From NCBI GenBank assembly GCA_964035545.1, contig OZ037765.1, forward strand, positions 29,449,504 through 29,513,503: 64,000 nucleotides of DNA. The letters run 5' to 3'. Both the position numbers and the translations under genes were made by a program. The notes beneath the pieces are model-generated. The model had not been told where the DNA came from. It searched no databases and saw nothing but the letters and a program-made list of their open reading frames with translations. The DNA is from Bugula neritina (taxonomy: Eukaryota; Animalia; Bryozoa). Position 1 is the first letter of the stretch, and each line of letters starts with the position of its first letter. Below are positions 1-18,900 of the stretch, piece after piece.

Positions 1-649
1 ATGACAAATGCTATAAAAATTACCAAATCATATTTAAAAGAAATAGTGTAAGGGTGGTTTTGAAAAGAAATGTCCAACATCCCATACAAACATAACTGAA
101 CTTAGATTTCCTGTATTTTTTAGGTATAGTTTCAACACATGCAATGTGAACTAACAAAAAATATACACATTTTGTACATGATTTCACATTGTTTAAACAG
201 TTCGATTATAAATGGCTATAACTGGTGTCCTTTAAAAATTATTGATCAAAAACTTTTACCTTTATGGTAAATATGAAAATAAATTTCTAGAGATATGCTA
301 TCAACAGCACAACTCTATATTGAAGCAATCAGTAAGAAAATAACTATAGTGGAGGCTGCAAAGTGTTGCACCACCTCCAGTTTATTATTATATAGGTCCA
401 ATGATGATGAGCCTGGTTGTAACATTAAAGTAAGGTAGCAGATGGCAAATGTTTGTATTGAATGCACAAAACTCTTTATCTATATAGTGGCAGCTTTTAC
501 AAAAACCTAGTTGTAAGATGACTTTTAGACTGTATTTTCTTCATTGTTTAACCATTCTAAAGCATTACAGAAGAAATACTATGTTTTTTCTAACCCTTGC
601 CCCTCACTACTGCCCATTATGAGGTTTTAATCACTGTCTTTTAATATCA

Positions 650-6830
<6,181 letters not shown>

Positions 6831-7397
6831 TCCTATATCCTATTGAAATAAAGGAGGCTCTACCTGGAACACACGTGAAAGTATAAGTTTCTCAGGAATA
6901 ACTTATGATCAATGAACTCAATAATATTCCAGCTCGGTGCTTATGATTAGCAAAGTTATATAACTTCAATTAAAGCAGCCATTGAATTGGATTTTTAATT
7001 CAGTGGAAGCAACTATAAGTATAATAATAATAATAATTGTCGAAGCATATTGATATTTACTGTTATATTTTATATTAGTAATTTAGTAATTGCTACGTCT
7101 AATACAGCAATCAGTAGCGACTACCTAGTGAGTAGACGTAGTCTTAATCTTATGGCTATAGTGATAGTCTATATTAATTATTATAATGATAATGTATATT
7201 AAATTATTGTTATTAATAATAAAAGTAATAATATTATTAATATAATCAATAATATAATATAACTATAAGTATTACATTTAGTATTTACTGGTTTAGTTTT
7301 ACTATTACTATTACTATTAGTATTAGTATTGGTATTAGTATAACTATAACTATAAGTCTATAGACTTAATAAGTATAAGTATAACATTAACTAATAA

Positions 7398-7532
7398 TAT
7401 AACATAAGTATAACTATAAGTAGTATAAGTTAAACTTAATGTTACTGTTTAATCATTAATGTATAACTATAACTTATAGTTATACATTAAATAGTAACAT
7501 TAGGTTTAACTTATAGTTATACTTATGTTATA
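7398..7532. repeat. Near-perfect palindrome of about 135 bp within a hexamer-periodic low-complexity tract
   Basis: Left arm TATAACATAAGTATAACTATAAG..TTAAACTTAATGTTACTGTTTAAT..GTATAACTATAA is the reverse complement of the right arm apart from two small insertions and a few mismatches; centre near 7473. Confidence 0.85.
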
Positions 7533-7931
7533 GTATTTATATTTATCTACAATCACTACATGAACAAAAATAAAATATAAAATTATGGTGATACAATCAC
7601 TCAATAACAATGTGAACATTATTTAATTGTAATGCCTGTTTGGTCTTGCTTGCAGTACCAGAATTATAGTTGTGCATTCAATTGTTCATAAATTTTTAAA
7701 TTCCATAAAGATTCTGTTGAATTAATATTATTCAACTAATTTTAGCTAGTTCACTGAATGCCTTACAATATTATTTAAATAAGATGGCTTTAAATTTTGG
7801 TGTGTCTAAATAAATCAATTAATTGAGTTTCAAACTATTAATATATTCAACTAACAATATAAAACAAGTAAAATATTGTCACTAGTTGTAGAACGATTTA
7901 CCATTCTGCATTCTTCACTTAGGTAAAAGAA

Positions 7932-9829
7932 ATGGTGCCAGGTCTAACCTTTCAAAGGTTATGTCAAAGATGCTTATTTGCTCGATCTGTCACCAGCTAC
8001 AGTTACAAGAAAGCTGTTTCTATACCTTCTCACAATACTGACTTTGGTTTGACTAGATCACTTGCCTCTGTGACTTCTTCAACTCAAATCACTTCTGCTC
8101 AAAGCAGGTAAGATTAAGCTATTATTTCAAATTCAGCCTAGTTTGAATTTGTGTAACAGCGAAAGTTAAATATGTTGAGAAAACATTGAAATAGTTTTTT
8201 TAGTAGGTGCTAATTTTGTGGATTTTCTTAGTTTACTTGCGGAATAAAACTAGTTGCTGCCTTTTGTATGACTAATATGTGCTTCACTGTACAATCCCAT
8301 CATATTTAATGGCATCAAACGCATAGTATATATGACTTCTCTTCCTAAAACATTGCATATGACCATTTACTTATAAACGTTTGAGTTGAAACATTGATGG
8401 TTTGAATACACACAGATGGCTCTTTGGTTTATTTACTTTAGTAGCATCAGATATATTGAATTGAGCACATTTTTAGCTTAAAAGATAACAGATTGAAGCC
8501 CCTCAACACTTTTGACTCAGTTCTGATGAAACTTGGGTTTTTTGGTTTCACCAAAACAGCAAAAGTACAGCTTGAGTCCTCAGCTATAAAGTTATATGTA
8601 TCCTGTACAGAGTATATAGAGTATGATTTGTTCAGACAACGGTTTGGGCTTCCCGACACGTTGGTCTCCTGGGCCCACTTACTCCAGGTAAGTGCTTTTA
8701 ATATTGGCTCAATTTATACTGGTTTTGCGATATTTAAATTGTTCCAGGAAGTGTGTATCAACTTTATTATTTTTGTGACAGTTGCCTAGAGTCTAGATGT
8801 ATGCACCCATTGAATGTCTGTGTCTGAACTATAACAATGTTGAGTACTCTTTAAATGTCGGTTTTCCGTTTGGTTTACTCATAATAATTACCATTTCTAC
8901 TATGGAATGTATCTACCAGAGTTGTAGCATTAAAATAATAAAAAATCAGTGTTGAACGCTGTACATAGCAAGGGGAATTTATTATAATTACAAAAATCAG
9001 TCCCGTTGCTTATGTATTCAATCAGACATTTTTCAAAAGTTTATGTACCAATAAAACTTGCACATAAAAGATTGAAAACCACCTGCTTGGTGCTGTTATG
9101 TGAAACCTTTGTTAGTAAGGCATGTTATGAAGGTGCTCTGATATTTCTTACTAGCTACACATGTGGATGCTTATGGTGAGGCTGAGTAACCACGACAGTG
9201 GACTTGATAAAGATGTGCACTTTCTTATCACCCGAGCAAATTTCAACATGTGGCTTGACATTGAAAAGAGAATAAAGAAGCTAGCCACGGGATCTCTAGG
9301 CAAGAAAGGAATGGTGAACCTTGGTGATCAGTATACAGGTAATTTAATTGGAGTTATCTTCTTCATGGGAATTGGAGTTATCTTATCAAGTATTCATAGT
9401 TGCTCAACTGAGCTTTCACTGACTAAGTAGTAAACAAATAGACATTCAGCCGTTAGACCCCAAGTGCTGTATATTTGTTATGAAGTTAATAGGTATGACA
9501 CTCTGTGTTCTGATTAATTCATCAAAATGTTGGTATTAGACTGCATTTGATATGTTGCAGCCGCGGTGATAGGCTATGATGAAGGGTATTTTACTGATGA
9601 CAAAGTATTGGCGGGGGCTATATGGAGATGTCTGTTAGAAAAAAACCAGCATGTAGAACCCAGGCATTTAGTTGATTTAGTAGACTATGTTCATAAAAAC
9701 CTCCACCATCTTCTTTCAATAACGGATATTGATTTATTGAGTGGTAAAATCTCATTTATTTCCTTCGATAGTGATCAACCTGATCCAACTAAAGACAGGA
9801 AAATTCAACAACTCGTTTCAGCTTTATAA
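7932..9829 (+). CDS. UQCC1: Ubiquinol-cytochrome c reductase complex assembly factor 1 (Cbp3 family), 279 aa
   Basis: Exons 7932-8107, 8477-8687, 9155-9338, 9561-9829 are GT-AG and phase-consistent (840 nt). Motifs FGLPDTLVSW..LLQLHMWMLMVRL and GYDEG...DDKVLAGAIWR match UQCC1/Cbp3. The N-terminus is Arg/Ser-rich and transit-peptide-like. Confidence 0.93.
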
Positions 9830-9984
9830 AAGCAAAATTTTATTCGTGTTAATTTTTTTGCTATGATTTATTTGCACTTTTTTACAAAATTCAAAATATA
9901 TTTACATGTGTCTGTACAAAAGTTGTCTTCTCATTCACATAACATGCTCGCTCTATAATGAGGTGGCACCAGAGCACAAATATT

Positions 9985-12900
9985 CTACTGCAGATGACCA
10001 GTTGGTTTGCTGTAGTAGCCATTAAAGTTCAGCATGATTTGTAACTCCTGGAGATGCTGGTTCTTATCAAACTCGGTCATCCTATTCAGTACTGCAATAT
10101 AAGCAATAAACCATTACCTAATATAATGCATTAATATTGATTCCACTATATTTGAAATGTTCCCTTGGAATACAAATTTTACTGCAAAAAAATTACCGCT
10201 AAAATAATTATAATTGCAACAAGCACTTAGGCCATGTTATAAACTTGTATAAAATTTTATTTCTAAAAATTGAAATTTTGTATTATTAGCAGAGCGATGA
10301 TAAATATAATACCAACCAATTATAATAATATCTAATTACTTCATCGATTGCACAAGATACAACGGATGGTTACTTGTATATCCAAAATGTAAGATTCAAA
10401 TATTATATGGGCAACTAATACATCAACACGACAGAATACAGTAAATTCAACAGTATTATAAATAGTAATAACAACAATAACCTACCTTTGTTAAGGAATT
10501 GAGTAAAGTCCCAAAATGGTATGTACGCATTCACAATATTCTGGTATTCTGTGTGAATGAACTCTCCGCTGTCATTCTGCTGCCAATATCCAAGTCTAAG
10601 CAGAGCATGAAACTTGTATATAGACTTGAGTATCCCATCTACAACCTGCTTGATCTGCTGCACTTTGTGAGACAGGAAACACCTGATGGAAATACATAGA
10701 CAAACTTATTGGTCATGTTAATACCTAGTAATTAGTAAAACTAGTTACTACTAAAACCAGTAATTAGTAAAACTAGGTAAATAGTAAAACTACTGAAATT
10801 AATTAATATTGGAACTAGTAACAATTAGTGAAACTAATTACTAGTGAAACCAAATCATAGTAAAACTAGTTACTAGTGGAACTACTGACTAGTGAAACTA
10901 TACTGAGAAAGAGCTAAACACACCTCAACAGACAACGATTGATGAACCTATTGTGACTCTCATACAAGCTGTCCAGATCTTTGACAGACGTCTTCAACTC
11001 CGTCTGAAACTGGTGCCACGAGACTTGAGTTACTTGCAGCGCCAAGTAGCCATGTATAACTTTGACAAAATGCTGCATATCATGTCTACAAAGTAAAGAA
11101 TGCATCATCCGTGTGATTTCTGGATACTAGAGTAACTTTCAGTCACGGGACATTGTGTTAGCTCAACTCTTAGCATGACAACAAGCAACTGCAGAATTCA
11201 AGAAAAACATGAGAAAATACTGTATTAATACAAAACTTTCTAAATTAAGATTTTCTGTTTAAGTTTCAGCAGCGGAAATATAAAGTCAATAGTCTGATCC
11301 CAGTAAAAGCCATTGGTGATGTTAAGAAAGGCATTCAGTCATAATTGCTCCTTTGTCACAATAGAAGCCAGTCCTTGCCTTGCGCGCTTTAAAAACTCCA
11401 TCAGAGTTTCTCACAGGACTGGAGACACCCATGAGTTGTACAAGAGCTCACTTAGCCTAATAGACAGTAGGTCTGTAGACTCTTAGACAAGGTATATATG
11501 CTATAAACTCTAACTAGTTAAATAAGTTATATGTGGTGTAGAGTGTAGACAATCCAATATAAAATACCTGATGAGATGGAGTTGTCTGTACTGTTGAGAT
11601 TCACTGTTTATACTGTGTGTCTGCGTAGATAGCCTCAGAGAATGTAAACTATCAGCCAGCAGGTAAGATATATGCTTCAGACTAATCATAAAAGAAAATA
11701 CCTTCTCGTACATTTCAATATGCTCTGGAGTTATTAGAATATTCATCGGCCAAGGCACCTGAAACAGGAAATGGAAGGGTTAAATTTCGACATAATGGTA
11801 TACTGTCTTTGCCATGAAACTCACGCAGGTTTATAGTCACTATCCGTGTGAGAACCCCGGCTGGAAGGGGTTTTTGTTAAATCGAGCTAAATAAATATTC
11901 AGATGGGGCACAGGAACAATTATGATTGGATGCTCTTCCTAGCATCACCAATGGCCTTTACCAGGTTTGAACCCATGACTTTGTGTTTACTAAGCCAAAC
12001 GCTCTAGCCCCTAGACTACGGCTGCTTTGCCATCTTAAATTTGTTATACCAAAAGTGAACAAAAATGTATATGAATATTGTGTTGATCCAAATTAAATAA
12101 AAAGGAGACAACACTCTAATACTAATAAACTATGTGCTGATTATTTATATTATAAAGAGCAAAAAACTACCTTGTACGTTAATGAGAGCCAGGAAAAGGC
12201 ATTCAGTGTGTAAGTTTCCATCAGCCTTGGTATCTGACCTTTAGAGATAGTAACATTGTCAATAAATTGGTTATCTTTGAGAGGGGCGTGTTGCAAGGCT
12301 TTACTCAGGGTGTCCGTTAGAAAGTACGTAGATATCTGAGGGTGAGTATCATCACACGCGTGTAACTAAAACAATTCAGACGGCGTAAGATTTCAACATG
12401 GAAGAATCAGTGACAATAAATCAATCATCAAAATTAACATGTATGTGAATTCTAATTTATATCCTCGAGTAGACCTAAAAAACAAAGATACATTAGTACT
12501 CACAACAAATAAGCAATATTTTGCGACAAAATAATTTAAAAAGTGAAACCCAATAGTTCAAAAGTCAAATTACTCCTGAGAAGACAAAACAGTCAAGCAA
12601 GTAAAAATTATAATGTGTTACCAAAAATATTTAAATCTTATGTTATGTCTAAAATAATTAATAAAGAGAAATTGGAAATTTAAAAAAATACTAACCTTCT
12701 CAAACAAAGGAGAGGTGAATGCATGACAAAATTCCCCTTTAGCTAGCAACAAGTAGTTGTGGAGTATGCTCATGTGTTTGTCAAAGTCTAACTCTACCAT
12801 AAAATAACTGAGCACAGCCTGGTTGCACATGGATATCCTGCAAATGTTCAATAAAGTGAGGTCAGCCAATACAGCTGACCTTAAAAAGTTGTTGACATTT

Positions 12901-15900
12901 ACCAATTTATTGTTAGTAACATATATAATGTATTCCAGAAACAAAGATTTTCATTGATATTGGACAACTGACAAGGTGCAAAGGCAGATATAAGTGAAGA
13001 ATGTCCTGATGAATTCCTTTCCAACAATTACCCACAGCATTCAAATTATGAAATTATGTAGAAAACCAAAAATGTGCATTGAAAATTATGTTTGAATGAG
13101 TTGCAGTTACACTGACTTACTGAGCATTGATGGCTGGGGCAATGCTCTGATGCAAGAGAGTGGGTAGAGTTACGTGTTCATATAGACAGACTCCTTCGCT
13201 AGACCAGTTGCCATGACTACGTGCGCTAATCAACCAAGAAGGTGGCTTTTCTACAACACAATTTAGATAAAAAAAAACTCAACAGGGCTTCATCTCATCT
13301 CATCTCATCTAATTAATCTCACTCGGAGCGCTTTGGCTCCTTTATCGAGATGCAGTGGTGTATGAACAATTGTTTAGATTATCAGTAGTAAGGAAGAAAA
13401 CTATTTTGTCTACGAGATAAGAATATAGTTAATTATGCTTCGATTCAAAGCTCAATAGCTAGCTACTGCCAGGAGAGAAAGAAAAAAAGAAAGAGAAAAA
13501 AAAAAAAAAGTAAATAAATAAATAGATATACACCGCACAGCTTCAGATGATATAAAGCAGAGTCGGTGTTAAGTGCTTATAATCAGTTAGGCAAAGCAGC
13601 TAGAATCATTAGAAAAGTTTATGGATGCGATGTTCATAGACCCAATTTGATTAGACAACTCCAAAAGCAGCAGCATGCCCTAAACTAAGTCAGCACACGA
13701 CTGCATTAATGCTCATAGGTGATGAGAGTTGAATGCTCCCACTTACTGCATTCAGCATTAAAATCTTTATCATAGTCATCTTTTTCATCAACATCCTGCA
13801 ATCTGATTGGCTGAATAGCAGGCACTAGCAGCTCATCTGAAAGGAAACAGTTTCTATTTAAAATAAAACAAATAATCTAATTACATAACTGCAGTACAAA
13901 AGCTGAGATTTCTTTTGTCTTTTTGAAGTAATCAATATCTGATCTAGATAAACGTGATGGACTATTTCACAAGCAGTAATTAATTTAAAAAATACCCAAT
14001 TGGTGCATAAAGCTACAAGTATTTTTAAATGTTGATTTCAGAAAACACTAAATCCTTTGACCAGTGTAGAGTACGCAATGCATTATATATTGAAAAATAT
14101 GAAAATAAATATTATCATTTCAAATATATAATTTAAATCTTACCTAAACATTAATATATGATACGCTGCCCAAAAGTCAAAACTATGAAATATAAGCAGA
14201 GATGAATAAACTTTCTCACCGTAGGAGTTGTCTTCTTCCTGTGCGGTCTCGTAGTACATGAGGTCTTGTATGCTAGAGTGAGATGCATGTCCCTTCTTGT
14301 TTATTAGACGAAATTTGTTGAGACGTACCTCATTGCTATCCACCATATCTGATTCCATAGTCGCGGACCTCCTTAAACCAACTGGCCTCTATAAACATCA
14401 TGAATTTATAAAAAGCATAAAATTAATACAATCAGCCGTGGTCTAGGGGTTGGAGCGTTTGCTTAGTGAACGCGAAGTTATGGGTTCGAACCCCGACAAA
14501 AGCCATTGGTGATGCTAGGAAAAGCATCCAGTCATAATTGCTCCGGTGTCTCATCTGAATAAGACCTTAGCCCGTTCTAACAAAAACCCTTTCCATCAGG
14601 GTTTCTCACAGGGATAGCAACTATAAACTTGCGCGAGTTTTTTTTATAAAATTAATACAATATAAGTTATAATAATAGGTAGCTATTGATCCAATGTAGA
14701 GACTTAAATCAAATAAACAACTTTATAAAAAAGATAAAAATCAACCCATAAAAAGATATGCTAATGCACGTTTTTTTCTTAATGTTACGTTAAGTTAATT
14801 CTAATTAAAACCTGACCATAAACATACAACTAAGCCGGCAGCTTTTATACACGTAGATGAGCATAAACTCGCTTCATGATATGAAATAGTAAAGAGTTGA
14901 AAAGGTTTATCAGTGAAAATATATTCATTCATTACCCTTCGCCGTATGGCTTTGAGTGCATCTCCATCGGACAAAGTGTCAGTTGAGTAGAATTCTCTTT
15001 GGGGATGAACATGATGACTAATTGGTTTCATTTGGTCTTCTTTCTCCTTCATATTCAGAGTGACTTTTCGCTTTGCTAAAATAGCATTGTAAAACTAACT
15101 AATAGTGTATTTGCAAAACCAAATCATTTGATTACAACATGCAGCTTTTAGGACCAAACCTTTCTATCGAAGATTATTTTAGTAAATTTTGTACACTCAA
15201 CAGTACTCAATACCATTTTACTTTTTTTTATAACAAAGACTTCTAAACTGAAGCGTTTGGTGATTGAGTCATCACCTGGCATGGCAACTTGCAATGAAAT
15301 AAAAAAAACAGTCAATAATCAAATAATGCTTCCTAGCACTAATTAGGCAACTAGCATTGAAAATATTTCAATTTAAATAAAGATTCTAAGCAGTAAAAAT
15401 TAAGCTATAAAATCTTTATTGAAAAACTATTTCGAGTAAAACATCATGTTAAGCAATTCTTTTGATTTAATTTATTCTGTCGGCAGATACTACTAATAAC
15501 ATATCAACATACATCTGGTGACTAAATACTCCTTATCAAAGGTTGTCAGACTAGCATGCTGCCCTTTCACAGACTTAGTGCTGCGTCTAAACGGCACAGA
15601 GGTTAATGGCAGCGAGCCTGATCTCAGCACTTCCTCTAACTGCAAGCTGACATCTGCAGGTGCTGCTGGCGAAGTATAATCTGCAGAGACTGCTGGCGAA
15701 GTATAATCTGCAGATAAAGGTTTATCTGGAGCAGCTAGCAACTGACTAGTAGCAGTCACCGGTAAAGTATTCGGAGTAGAAGTTTGAGGTAAAATAGAAT
15801 CTGCAGAAACTTGTGGAGAAACGTCGCTGGTAGGTTTATCTGCAGAAGTGGCTGAGAAGTCTCCGCCAGGTTTACATGAGTCTATTTCGTCTGCAAGCAC

Positions 15901-18900
15901 CAACTTATCAGAATAAAACTAGAAAAAGAATAGAAATTTTATAAACCTGAAAAAAACAGTTTTACACACAAATCCGTAATAAACATTTTCTGTTCAGCAG
16001 ACATCAAGTTCTACTTATCACTAGCACAATTAGTGTGAGAAGATAATTTAATGAACACTCCACCAGGTAAGCTGGTAGAGTAGTACAACATTAAAAATCT
16101 TACTTTATATTACCATCAAATATAATAATCATGTACCTGAAACTAAACCAGCCAATATTTTAATAACATACCTTTGGGCTCAACCATAGTGACCTTGACA
16201 TCATCTGGTGCAGGTGACGAAGTCACTGCTTCTTTTCTGAGATCATCTTGTGCTAAAGCAATTCACCCAACATAAAATATTTTGTTAAAAACTAATGCAA
16301 CCAGAACAAATCACACAACATTTTGAAAACTAACATAAGACATAACTGAGAAGTGACATTCACCAATAAAAACTTCATTCTTTTCAATAGATTGTTCCAG
16401 CTCAGCTTCCACCTTGATTACCAGGTGCTCCGGTTTTTCCCATCTCCTTTTTGGTGTTTTTAATTCTGGAGTCACAGAAGCCCCTGTAGTAACAGCAAAC
16501 CCCACATTGTAGAGTAAAACTCCAAAGGAATAAGCTAATAATATATCAAAATTGAGAACCTAGGTTTCCTATATCACAGCATGCATAAAATACAAATATT
16601 GAATATAGCCATATATTATAATTTATTCTTTTAATCACTGTTAATATTATACTAGAATTCACAAAGCCTACATTAAATAGATTTTCTCTAGATGTAATTA
16701 TGAGTAATTATATTTATATCATCAAACTAAAGAAGATTACCAGTTGAAAGTTGCGCAATCTCATGGTCTAGTTCTTGCTGCCTCTGAATAAACCATTGTT
16801 CCCTGGCAGCAGAGAGCTGATGCCGCCGGACTCTCCATAAAGCCTTCCTTTCGCGAGCTGCAGCTGTCTCGCTCATCAATCGATAATACTCAATTAGCTC
16901 ATCCCTACAAGTAAGATAATACTCAATCAGTTCATCCCTACAAGTAAGGTAATAATCAATCAGTTCATCCCTACAAGTAAGATAATACTCAATTAGTTCA
17001 TCCCTACAAGTAAGATAATACTCAATCAGTTCATCTCTACAAGTAAGATAATACTCAATCAGTTCATCTCTACAAGTAAGATAATACTCAACCAGTTCAG
17101 CCCTACAAGTAAGATAATACCCAATCAATTCATCCCTACAAGTAAGATAATACCCAATTAGTTCATCCCTATTTATAAATAATTATATCAAATTGTATGT
17201 TCATATAAAAAAACTCGATTTGAGTTGTTAAAGCCAGAAACCCTGGCAAGTGATAAAATGTTAACAGAACTTATAAACACACCCTGAAACCTTAGAGTTG
17301 ACTTCTATATAAAGATCTAAAGTGTGAAAACTCCAGATTTACTAATCGTTAATGATCTTTCAACTATTTTCAAAACTGCAAAAAAACAGGAAATTTTGCT
17401 AGAGCATGGAATAAAAACTGTTTGATTTAGCTTTGATCAGCTGTTGAATATTTACATACATGGTAATATAAATTTGTTTTAAACAAAACAGGCCACTTGT
17501 TTAGCAGTTTGCCTCTCAATTTCATGGCTTTTAAATTTTAACTTTCCCATACGTCCTCCTGCAATACTTAAAAATTCCTCACTTAAATATTACTTCTGAC
17601 ACATAAATGAGAAAAGAATGGCAGACCCTGCATAAACTGGTACGCCTCAGGGTGGCTAAGTTATACAACTAACAACACAACTCCAGTTCACAACACAAAC
17701 CTTGCTTGTTGCTCCAAACGCGCATCTGCCTCTGTTTGGAGTTGTTCTCTTTTTGTTAGTTTTTCCATCAACTCCTTGTCCAGTTTTTTCTCCTCTTCTT
17801 CTTCATGTTGCTTTCGCTGAACACAAAAGTTGTCAGATTAGGGATTCAAAGTTTCCATACATGTATTTTATCAAACATCTCTGACTGAATACACAAAAGA
17901 GGTGCCTATAAGATCAGTTTAACCCAAAATAGCGATGATAATGTGTTGCTATTTTCTCTCTTTCATACAAGAAGCCACTGCCTGTCTAAACACATGGGAA
18001 GCATTGACAAATAATAGAATATCTGTATGTGACACACCATTCTAACTAATACAACAAATACTGATGTATTGTTTCGAAAACTTGATTCCGTTTTGTCACA
18101 TTTTTTAAAAGCATGTTTTAGATCATACTATACACTCTATACATACTATACACTGTATACATACTGTACACTGTATACATACTATACACTGTATACATAC
18201 TGTACACTGTATACATACTATACACTGTATACATACTGTACACTGTATACATACTGTACACTGTATACATACTGTACACTGTATACATACTGTACACTGT
18301 ATACATACTGTACACTGTATACATACTATACGCTGTATACATACTATACGCTGTATACATACTATACGCTGTATACATACTATACGCTGTATACATACTA
18401 TACGCTGTATACATACTATACGCTGTATACATACTATACGCTGTATACATACTATACACTGTATACATACTATACACTGTATATATACTATACACTATAC
18501 GCTGTATACATACTATACACTGTATACATACTATACACTGTATACATACTATACACTGTATACATACTATACACTGTATACATACTATACACTGTATACA
18601 TACTATACACTGTATACACACTATACACTGTATACATACTATACACTGTATACACACTATACACTGTATACACACTATACACTGTATACATACTATACAC
18701 TGTATACATACTATACACTGTATATATACTATACACTATACGCTGTATACATACTATACACTGTATACATACTATACACTGTATACATACTATACACTGT
18801 ATACATACTATACACTGTATACACACTATACACTGTATACATACTATACACTGTATACACACTATACACTGTATATATGCGTGCACACTCATACCAACAC

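Noticed and set aside
14433-14505. tRNA-Thr gene
   Set aside because: Acceptor and anticodon stems are degenerate, and the sequence continues into a shared repeat body with TSDs; it is a SINE head.
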